A DNA stretch of 64,000 bases from positions 2,356,001 through 2,420,000 of the forward strand of contig OZ037766.1 in NCBI GenBank assembly GCA_964035545.1, given 5' to 3'. How positions within the stretch are numbered: the stretch's first letter is position 1; each line of letters starts with the position of its first letter. The position numbers and the translations under genes are program-made. This document shows, one piece after another, positions 52,791 to 64,000 of this stretch. The stretch is from Bugula neritina (lineage: Eukaryota; Animalia; Bryozoa). The notes beneath the pieces are model-generated. The model was not told the origin of the DNA. It saw only the letters and a program-made list of their open reading frames with translations, and did no database searches.

Positions 52791-55700
52791 TCTTCAACAG
52801 CTGCACCTGTTAACAGATGGCAATCTACGAGTTTCAACCAAATCAAAGACCACAGTTTATTATCGTAATCTCATGCATAACATAATAATCATCAGACCAT
52901 AGAAATAACAACCATTATGAATATTTAATTTTATATTGAATATTCAGAAATAAAAGGGAAAGTCACTGGAGATGCACATAAAAGTAAAACTCAATGGAAA
53001 GTGAAATATGTTTATGGTATTTTATGAACATCAACATTGACTATTACTATTAGTATTACCTATTACTAATAGTATTAGTATTATAGGTACTAGTACTCAG
53101 TAGTAGTAGTGTCAGTAGTAGTGAAGTACTACTCATACTTAACAACTTATAATATTGATTATATTTAGTTATACTACTACTAGTACCTACCTGTACAGTA
53201 GACGTAGTACTAGTACTAGTAGTATCAGTACCAGTTATTTGTATTACTATTACTATAACTATTAGTGTTAGTATTACTATTAGTATTAGTCTAATTGAGC
53301 GATTAAGTAATTCTGAGTTTTATTACTATTACTATTAGTATTATCAATATGAATATGAATATTATAATTATTATCAATTTAAATTTATTAATGTTGACAA
53401 TAATAATAACGTACCTACTAATACCATAGGATACAAATAGATTGAATCTATTTTCTCAGTGTGATTGTAAACTGATTTTTCTATTTAAGTGTTCGGTATG
53501 AAACTATTAAATTTAATGGTTTTCAAACAACTAAATATACGTGTGAACTCGTGTTGATTGCCTCGATAACTGAATTGACCAAAGTTATTGTTTGCCTCTC
53601 CTTAGATTCGGTTGACTGCGTATTTTTTATCTTTCGTATAACAAATCGGTAATTGTATTATTTTACCGATCTACTGAAAGACCAAGCACTTAAACGCATT
53701 TGTAGCGACAACTCTTATTAAAAGGCATTGAGTGGTAGCTGGCGGCCCTTTTATTATCATAATATTATAATCCACTCTGAAATTACCGCGCCTTTGCAAC
53801 GCGTTGACACCTGCAAGGTGAGATTAAATTAAGATGCCTTTGAAACAAATTTGGCCGCCCCTCGCATTCTTTTAGAACTGCAAGTTATTATTCAAAGGCC
53901 AAGCAATTATTCCAGCTAAAGTATAATCTTTCTTATAATTACAGTCAACAGCTGTTGCCATGTAGCAATTACCATTCACTATTGAATAAAACACTTTGTT
54001 GACACCTAGCTAATTGTATGTTACTTAGAAAAGTAGGTGCTATAAATGTTTTACAACTGTATTGTTGCATAGTAACTATAGAAGAGTATTTTTTGGCCGT
54101 TACTGATGACAAATATATTTTGCAAGTTTCAGAAGACAAAAATGATATAATAATTGCAATGGATATTTATTTCATTTTGTAAAAACTTCCAATTAAAAAT
54201 AAAAACATAACCCCATAAAATTAAAAGAGACATAAACAATTATTTTAGTAATTTTAAAACAAATAAAATTGTTTGAACGCGGTTGAAACAATTGAAAATT
54301 TTTGAAACATCAAAATCATTTTTGACAAAATTTGAAAAAAAAATTTAAAGATAAATGAGCCATTCATTAAAACATACATTTACATCTGCTAACAGCTATA
54401 ATGTGCGCATTTTGAAGTAGCTATTTTATACTAGTGATTTTTACTGCCTAATAAAATAAATTAACATTACATATGCACATTAGAAAAGGAAGAGGAGACA
54501 ATAGCAGGGAAACTGCTATGATGTCTACATCAGTCTCCAACATACTTTTATTGTTTTACTCCTTTCCTAGAGCTCTCTGCATACATTTTGTTACTGAAAG
54601 CAAACACAGTGGTATGAATTCATTTGCTTTCACTTCATTTACAGCATACAAAGTATACAGTGATACATTCCTTTCCTAATACAGTGACTATAGTTCTTAT
54701 AGTTGAGTTGTTACTATACGGTAGTTATATGTTCATCGGCTAAAAGCTCCAATGTTTGTCATACCTACACACTTTGTATGTCTTGTAGCCTTGTCTTGGA
54801 ATATATAAGTGCAATTAAGGTGAAGTGAAATAGTCTATAGCAAGCTTCAGTCATCTGGTATTATTACGTATACCCTGTGGGACATGTATGGATATTATGA
54901 AAAGAGAGAGAGCAAGTTATGTATACTATTCAAAATATAACTGGTGTTTATAGGTTGAGTTTGTGGTGTTGAGCATAGCAAAGTTGAAGAGCTGAGGCTA
55001 TATCCAACAGCATCTGCAACAAACACAAGCTTCATTACTGAGTTGCTCACTGGACATGGTGGATAGTTGGTAATCATAGATACAAATAAAAAGATAATAT
55101 TGAACAAAAAAGCTGTCTTGAATATATCTAACGCTGGTTATCGTACACGTAGAAAGAAAAACAGTTATATGCTTGTATTAAGGGAGAAACAGTTTGATTA
55201 CAGGATTTAGTTCGTTCAATACAGACTTCTGTTTGTTAATAGATTATTGGAGTACACTGAGTCAGATATGCATAATTGCTAAGAAATTAATTATAATGAA
55301 TGTATGAGAATATATGACAAGCATGAGAATTATAATGTCCTGTAAATTGTGTCTTACTTCAGGAATAAGTTATTTTTGATTTATAATTAAGTCAAAATTT
55401 AGATGAGAAGTTACGCAAAAGTATTTTTGTTAGCACTAACCTACCCATCTCTATAAGCATAGAATCTTTCCCTGAGTAATCATTGCTGATTCGGCTGCTT
55501 ATTTTCCGCTCCCATAAATAGACTAATATCTTTATGACTGTACAAGTGAAATGTTTTATTTAAAGAAAGCAATAACCGTCAGATATCAACTGTTTAAAGA
55601 AATCTTCACATTTCAAAATTATCTAGAAAAATTGAGTTAGAGCTGTAAAGTTCATAAGTAGAAGCAAAATTACATAAAAGGCAGCTTTTCTTATAGCTAT

Positions 55701-56731
55701 AAGACAGCTAGTTTATGAATTAACTAACTTTATAGCTGATAGCAACCTAATAAATAGCCTTGAGCATATCAAATGTGAAAAAAAGCAGCAGAAAAAGAAG
55801 GGGAAAGCAGATGCCTACTATAATTGAACAAATGTGTTGATGAAGAAATCAGTAATTGTTTTGTACTTGGCTAATTATCACATTCACCTAAAAGGAGGAA
55901 AAAGTATCAAGATTGAAATGTCTACCAGAAAAATTAAGAAAAAAAGATATAGTTCCACAAGATAACAATCCATTGATTATTTTTACTATATCAGAGTGCA
56001 TGTGATACAGTTGTGAACAGTTGTTTACTTTACATTTTTGAGAAGTAAAGACAAGCAACATCTGCAGTTACGGTTTAGAGAGAATCTGCAGACTATATGC
56101 AGAATAATCCCAAAAAAGTGAGTAAACAGATTTGTCTCAACTAATGTATATTATGTTGTCATCTTGATCATTATAAATTCAAGGATTCAATATTAAAGAA
56201 AAAACTTGACTGAACTATAACACCAAAGGTGAAACAGTCCCATACTAACTCTCTATACACAAATATTATCGACAGACAGGGCATATAGGATATCTGCAAA
56301 CGCAGCTCAGTGGATATCCCATAAATCAGGAGAAAGGAATCTAATTTATTATAACCCCCTTTCTTTCTGTTTATGCAATAAATAAAAAAGGGCATTAGCA
56401 TTTGAGCTGAAAATAATCAACTTTTTAGTGATAAATTTCACATGCAGGTTTGTTTGAATTTTGAGTAAACATGTCTTAGGAAGACAAAGTGCAAGACTTT
56501 ACTATCAGCAGCACATTTGGGCCACCAGAATCTGTTATTAAAAAAGCTGTGATGACATATTATTATATAGCAGAGTGACAAGCACCAATATCTGTCAATA
56601 TTCTCAGAGACAGAAACAGATATGGAGAAAAAAGTTCCAAGACACAGGAACTGGAAAGACATCGATAGTAAAATACTTGGAAATAATAGCTTGAAAACCT
56701 AACTTCAATAATATACTTAAGGGTGTGAAAT

Positions 56732-56802
56732 TCCTCTCCCTAAGATTTGAACCCGAACCACATGATCACAACTTTACATGCTAACCATTGCACAAGGAGA
56801 GC
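56732..56802 (-). pseudogene. Degenerate tRNA-like sequence (GTG at the anticodon position)
   Basis: GCTCTCC..GTGCAATGGTTAGCAT..TTGTGAT..GGGTTCAAATC..GGGAGAG; anticodon stem broken. Confidence 0.5.
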
Positions 56803-57519
56803 TACTGGGTAATCTAGTCACTGTATCCACCCATGCAGCTCTCTAACTCAATATTGAAAGGTGCAACCCAGTCACTGGTGAAGTCCAATGTTACATTCAA
56901 ATTTAACTCTCTGAAGAAAGAAATTACATGAGCTCTTTTAATCTGTCTGGAGCGTCTTAGTAGAAAGGTACAGCTCTCTGGGCCAGCTGGGATTCCTGGT
57001 GGCCGTAGACGCTTGTGTAATGCACATGTCTCCCTGCAGGTGGGTTGACACCCCTCTTTGCGATGCCTTATTTACTGGTTACTAGAGCACATATAGATGA
57101 TTTAAGTGGTCGGCTTTTAGTTGCTCCCCAGTCAGGATGGAACCAGTAGTTTGCGTGCTGGGCCTGACTGCCAGCCGGTGGGATGAGTGTGGGGAAGAGA
57201 TGACGGGAACCTCTGGCATGTACTCATGTGCTTGCATGCCAAAGTGGCCCTGCGGCTCTTTAGGGTGCACAAACCGTTATTCTTCTAAAGTTGAATGTTC
57301 ACAACATCAGAGATCTTTGCACACAGAATGGTTTCTTGAAAATTGACAAAAAAAACCAAAGTTTTACGACCCAAACTTGAGCGGGCATTAACAAAGTTTT
57401 AAAATATTGTACTTATTACAGTACCCTTATGACTGCTCCAAAGTTATTTCAGCTGAAATACGGCTACCTTTTTATTAGTTTAGAGGTTAAAGGTTTAGAG
57501 TTAGAGTTTTTCTAGGCAT

Positions 57520-57880
57520 CTATGCAGCAGCTTTTTTATTGTCTCCCTAGGCGGCAGCACAGCTTGTATATTTGGTAACAAACCACCTGGGGCTATGGTG
57601 ACGCCTCTCAAGAGTCTGTGTAACTTTTCATCATTCCTGATAGCCAGTTGCAAGTAACGAGAAATAATTATGGTTTTCTTGTTGTCTCTTGCAGCACATT
57701 TTCTGCCAACTCCAAAACTTCAGCAGCTAAGTATTCCATCCCAGCTGCAAGGTAGGCTGGTGCACCTGCACCAACTTATTAGGCATAGTTGCCTTTAAGC
57801 AGCAGTCGATAGATTCTGCTGAGGACCCTTGAGGGACTAGTCTTGCTCGTTACTTTGGCCTTTCCTCCTTTTCTAGACAT
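57520..57880 (-). pseudogene. H2A: Histone H2A pseudogene
   Basis: MSRKGGKAK...[82 protein letters not shown]; two stops, a frameshift, and loss of the AGLQFPV segment. Confidence 0.93.
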
Positions 57881-60800
57881 ATTGAAGGTGGTAGATACAG
57901 TAGCAGTCGCAGAACCAAACAGATGCCAGTAGAAATTTACTCATGTGGTGTTGCTGCTGGTTATGACTCATCTTCCAATATATGTTGACTATATATAATT
58001 ACTTTACAGAGCACATACAAACTTTCTGAATACGAAAAAAGAACAACCAGCAGAAAAATAATTATCTAGGTAAACAACAAAGTGCATGAAAAAACAACTT
58101 CAAAAGACAATTAACTATAAATTTTAGTAGGTTGGCTGCAAATCTCAAAAAAGGAACAAAAACATGAAATTAACTTTGTTTTATTATTCTCTCTGTTGGT
58201 TTCAGTGGTGCATAGTTAAGTTGCTAAGAAACTTCTTGAAAACTGGAAATCAGCTACCATATTGTTAGCAGATTATTAGACAGATGCTGATTATTATGCA
58301 GATAAATGCTACATTTCTTTCACTGGTATCGTTAAATTGAAGCTGAAAATTCAAAAATTTTATTAGCAAAATAATGTTTTAGTTCATACAGAGGTGGAGC
58401 ACTAAACAACCATAAACATGTCCACCATGCATGCCGAGGCACCACACCAACACTGCCATCAGCAATAGAAATGCAAATTAAGGGGAAGATATTTGTTACA
58501 GTGGCACATTGAGAATTAAGCATATTATGATAATAGCCTATCAGTTACCTGGAGTTGTCCCACTAACAATAGCATAGCCAATATAGCTACAAGCAGCTGA
58601 CAGACATAAACCCTGAGAAACCTACAAGTGAGGGGATCTTATAACACCTTGGAGCTTCAGTGAGTAATTACTATAATTATGGCAATCTAACAACATTGTA
58701 CTGGCTGCATATTGCATGTATTGCACTTAAGGTATATAGATAGCATGATCCACCTTGAGGTAACAAGTTATTACTAGCACCTCTTGGCATGTTTCAACAA
58801 GTTAGAGACCAATTCACATGTAGAGCCTATACATAACAGCAAGGACTAGCACTAAAGTATTATGCACTTAGAATTACTTATAGTATAGTTGAAATATCAA
58901 GCAAGTGTTGATATAAAAATGCTTCCTGAACAATTGAAGGGAAAGACAACTGTAATCAACACATCTGAGCCACCTGCATGTGAGAACCTCTGCAGACTAG
59001 CAATGAAGTGTTACAGTCCAGCAAAGTAAGTATAGTTCTATAAGCGTCCATCAGGATAGACTCAAACAGCTTTCGAAAAAAAACTTTTAAAGAGAAGTCA
59101 AGGTTTGATTTTAATAATTATTATTCTTGCAGAGTCATTACAAACATCACACTTTGTTTACTAAATACTTAAAGAAAGGTAAGCCGGAACGTCTTTTTGC
59201 TAAAATTTGTTGAAAAGAAAACATACCTCTCTGTTACCGTTACCATCAGATGTTTAAGGGCAGAAATTTTTAGCGAGGAGATCCTGTACATAAAGCCCTA
59301 GCAAGCTAAAATTGAAGTTTGTTGGTACCAGAGTTCCCAGTTATAGCCAGTGAGCTATGGTTGGTTTTTACTACTTATTCTGCAAAGCACTACCAAAGAA
59401 AAGTAGTTTACCCTTTTGCTAATAGTTTGTTTTTATCAGGACTTTCCACTTATGGCCAGCAAACCATTGTTTGGTATTTATTTTAATTGTTGAAGCTCTT
59501 TGAAAAGAGATGAAAATACAAAATGTACAAAGGTTTTTGAATAATTGATTTGCAGATTTATAAAATTCCAACAACAGATACTTCGTGCAGACCAAGTATC
59601 TCTTAACATAAACACAAAAATGTGTTAAATATTTTCAAATATCTAAAAGTATGTTAATAATTTTTGTTTGCCATATTCCACAGTTATTACGCTATTCCAC
59701 TGCTTCAGCTTGCATAAATATTACTTGTCAGACAGGAAGAAAAACAATTCAACTCTTGAAAGAAAAAGTACAAGCTGCTATAGATAAACTTTTAATCTAA
59801 TTTTAGGTAAAAATATGAAGATCTACTGAAAACAAGAATTTAGTTTTGTATGTTCAAAGAACATAATAAATTTGTGCAGATTTTTACAACTTCATGTCGC
59901 ATGCTTTTCCTTTTTAACTTTACATTCTGCTGTTGATATCAAACAATAGAGAAATTTTATTACATTGCATGGATCGACAGCACTCAAAGGAATAGTTTTA
60001 TAAAAAGTTTTACTAATCTTTTTAATTGTTTTAGAGATGGCAGATCTATATACACATTAAAATTTTTCATAAAATCAATCAATTTATTTAATTTACTTTT
60101 ATATACTTTCGTTTCAAACTTTTGGGGAAAATAAAGCAAGGAGACGTACACTTGAGATTTATCTCGCAATCAGCTGCTTGTTGCAAGTAAAGCCATAAAT
60201 AATTTCCTTGTCAAAGAAGTGACTCCATGTTACTCAAACAGAGGACTGGAGAATAAATTACAAAAGTCAAAACATACCGAAATTTTAAATTTAAAGCAAG
60301 ACTAGATCAGTACTTTGAATTTCAATTGGATAATTTACAGATTTCATTTATCTCTGTAGCTAATAACCGGGATATAATATTTAAATTAGCAACATTTTAA
60401 TTATATATTTCAATAGGAGAGAAAAAATTCAATAATAAAACATGGACACTCTTGGTATGACACTAAACAACTCATAGCTAATGTCTCACTTATAGATGTG
60501 ACAACACACAATTCTACAGTCACTTAGAGAAACCATTTCTACCATTTTATGGCTCCACAAAAACTGAATGAGACCTTGCATGAGACAGGTAATGTATCAA
60601 GATATAAAATTCACCTTTTTCAGAACTAAATTCTAAATAGCAAAAGTTTGTTCAATTATATTAAATGTTATATGTTATTGTTAGCATAACATATTGTATT
60701 TATTACTGTTATTATACTATTTATAGTCTTACAGTTATTTAAATTGTTATTGGTTAAATTAATTAGGTAATTGTATGTGTATTGCAGTATGCCACCAATC

Positions 60801-62838
60801 ATTAAAGCTTTCAGGCTTTAACACATTCACTAAAAACTATTATTACCTGGCAGGGCTAGTGCTATAATTCACTGAACTGCACAAGTCAGTGTGTCATAAT
60901 CAAACAGCCAGAGAGGAGCATTTTCAACATTATACGAGCACACAGTTAGACTCCAATATTTACACTCTTTGTGAGAATAGACCATCGGTTTTGGCATTGT
61001 GATGGCAAAGAAGTTTATCTATGCATCAATATTGTAAGTTTTACTAGAAGTATAATAGCTCAGGTCATTTTGTTTGGTTCTGTGATGTTCATGGTGTTTC
61101 TCTGACTTTTGATTCATATTGTTACTACTTACTTATGCAATTTCTATTTTTCCCATTTTTCCAGGGTACGATGAGAGTAAATAAACTTGAAAACCTCTTG
61201 CCAAGTTGGCTTATAGTAGTTAAAGTATATCATTCAACCAGACACTGACACAAAACTGATACAATATGATTCTATGGCAGTTCAGCTTACAGTTTCAGTA
61301 TACAAGAACCAGGACTTTAAAAAAAACAGCTATACATGCAAGGTCAAAAACAACTTTGCATAACAGAAGTATATAGCCAGTGGAAATGCTGGACTATATC
61401 TTGTCCGGAGATTTTGAGTTAACTGAAAATGAGCTGCCAATGTAAGCTTCAAATTTGCATGTATGAAAGCGTACAATGTAGTTAAAGATGGAAATAAAAA
61501 GCTGACAGTATCAATACGAGTCATCTTGCACACCCGCACGCAATTGTGCAAATATTTTATAGGCTACCATTCATTTGAAAATTCAGTATTTTATTGGCTT
61601 TACAAATGGCCGCATTAAAATAATGTTCTAAAAAAAGACTGTTGGAAAAGTCTTTTTGAAATAAGAAAAAAAAACAAATAGAAACAGTGAATAATGCAAT
61701 ATCTAAATTAATGAAGGAAATGGAGTCATCCAAACTAACAGTCAGTGGCATTATCAAAACTTTCTTCTTATCAGAAGAAAACATAGAAGCATATTGTGTG
61801 GCAGATGAGCTGCTTGGAAGAAGTCAAGAAAAAGGTAAATGCTGTACAATCACTCTGCATTGATTTTACCAACAAGTTATCCAGAGTTGCCCACTCTTTA
61901 CTGTTTGAACCAACTGTACAGCTACCAAGTATTTTATTATATAATGTTGATACAGAGTTTATATAGTTTTAAATCGGGCTGTTGGAAAAAGGCATTTTAT
62001 GCTAGACAGTAGACATGCATGCTATTAAAATGAAAATAATCTATAATACATTTTGTATTTTTAGACAGCTAACTGTTAGTTCTCCTCAGCAAAGGCCTGG
62101 TGTCTCGACTAGCTGCAGTGCTATTGCGCCATAGGCCTAAACACATTTTTTGCTATTTTTTTCTTATTCTTGTGAATTTTTCGTAATTGTTAAATAAATA
62201 ACAACAAACAAAGTAAAACATGACGGTACTTTACTTTCTTCTAGAGGTACCATATATTATTATAGCTTTAAATATATGTATGAAAAGTATTATGAAACTC
62301 TGGGAGTAAATGCATGCAATTTAGATATTGTAAATCTTAAGACATAAATGCTAAACAATCTTAGAGGCTTTACCGGAAACATAGCTGTACATTCTTACTG
62401 CTTGTTTATAACATTTATACCTATTTAATGTTTTATTTCAGCAAATATTCTCTTTAGGGATAGAGTGGGGCAAACAACTTTTAAAAGCCTCAAGACTGCA
62501 AATAGTTAAGCAATTTCTAAGAACCAGAAAGCTTTTAAACTCCCTTTACAATAAAGTAAGCTTTCTCAATACATTTTTGGTTGCAGCAACATTTTTAGTA
62601 TAAGAAGTGCACATACAATCTGTTGGAATACTTGCGTGAGTATACCACCACTAAAGAGCCAGACTAATGCATCACTAGAAGTAGAAACATAGTGTTTTAT
62701 GAAAGTTAAAGTTTACTTTATAAATTAAAGTTGAGAAATGCATACTACTTACCCGAACCTGCAGGAGACAAAGTCCTTTGTATATAACCAACAATCAATA
62801 TGCCAGTGAAAAGGGAGAGGGAAAAATCAAAACCAATT

Positions 62839-62926
62839 GAAGCCATTTTTAAAGATCGCAGGAAGCCATTTTTAAAGATCGCAGGAAGCCATTTTTAAAG
62901 ATCGCAGGAAGCCATTTTTAAAGATC
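62839..62926. repeat. 23-bp tandem repeat, about 3.8 copies
   Basis: Unit GAAGCCATTTTTAAAGATCGCAG. Confidence 0.95.
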
Positions 62927-64000
62927 AAGCTGATGTTTAGTACAATTAGCGAAGAGTAAACAATAAATTCAAAGACTAAGATTGTTGCTCCATGCTTGCT
63001 ACTATCCAACTCACTAAGTCCTTCCTGGCACAATAATGAGAACTTTATCCCCCACTCCATCAACACCTATGGTGGTGAAGGTTAACAATTATAGGAACTA
63101 AACTTGGTGGACATACTTTGGGTTTTATATATGGCTGAGAAACTACCATCACCATAGCTTACAGAGAAATGCCTGCAGACTTATTTGATATTATTTATAT
63201 ATACAGTTCGACATTTATATAAATATAATTACTACTGACTAAACAGCTCAAACCCAAAGCAAGAAATATTAAATTAATGAAACCTGTAAGACATTGCTTA
63301 AATATTACACTGCTTTGTAATTAGCAATTTAGTAAAGAGAAAAGCTAAGCACAAGGTATAAGGAAATTAACCTGACTTAACAGCATATAAATTTGTTTTC
63401 TACAGCTCTAATCTTAGTGGTTATACATAATTAAGCTTAATTAAACATTTTTAAACCAAAAATACCCAACACTATTTTTTGGGTCTTTTTACACAGTGTT
63501 TTAAATTACAGAGATAATATAGAGAGCTCTGTATACATCATTATTTGAAATAATAATTCTATTAGTTTGATTTTACTACAACTGTTTATAATAATATTCA
63601 TGCAAAATAGCTAACCTTTTTGACAGGTATAAAAGCCCTGCAATTTCATTTATCTTTACATTCCCCACTTGCAACTTATTGCAACTACACTTATAACTTA
63701 AGATGTAAGGTTTTTCACATTGCTACTTTCAGTCTGCGACAATAAATATGTCTATACAATAAAACACAACAAAAACGAGCATTCATTTTGCAAAATTGAG
63801 AGGCCCGTCAATTAATTGAAGTATTTCTATATATCCATATTGGGTCAACATTTTAGCATCAAGTTTACAAAAAGTAAAACTTGAGATTCCATTATTTTTA
63901 TACTACACTATGCAACCATGTAGACCAAGAAAAACTAAAGCAGAGGTCCTTAACTAGACTATATAAGATGTCCTGAAAGATTATGAATCCAATGTGGCGT

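Noticed and set aside
58300-62100. Possible decayed transposase or other gene on the plus strand
   Set aside because: Coding-like patches with many stops, but no recognisable motif or termini.

Overview
AT-rich, intron-containing animal (invertebrate-type) genomic DNA; no prokaryotic operons, CRISPR arrays or rRNA. Reading splice sites by hand gives six apparently intact genes. (1-3) Three paralogous genes (8760-9515 +, 15466-16345 -, 22659-23534 +) encode 68-81 aa secreted peptides with a 17-aa signal peptide and a mature part rich in Arg, Gly, Phe/Tyr and Asn, with no Asp, Glu, Lys or Cys. They share one architecture: TATA box, non-coding exon, phase-2 intron splitting an Arg codon, phase-1 intron, and an 11-17 nt last coding exon. 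The ORF track shows only fragments of two of them. (4) A 6-exon carbohydrate sulfotransferase of the CHST8-14/Sulfotransfer_2 type. (5) A pol-beta-family nucleotidyltransferase + helical domain + TPR gene with a 2.8-kb exon. (6) A 13-exon, 940-aa protein with four CCCH zinc fingers and a C-terminal RING-H2. Also present: pseudogenes (type II transmembrane collagen-like, histone H2A, and a PIN/FEN1-like nuclease + CXC gene split by a solo LTR), LINE fragments (RTE, CR1/L2, R4/Dong), a tRNA-derived SINE pair, a hAT-type MITE and several tandem repeats. The best candidates for an undescribed system are the cationic-aromatic peptide cluster and the NTase-TPR gene. Gene models are manual and lack transcript or database support.
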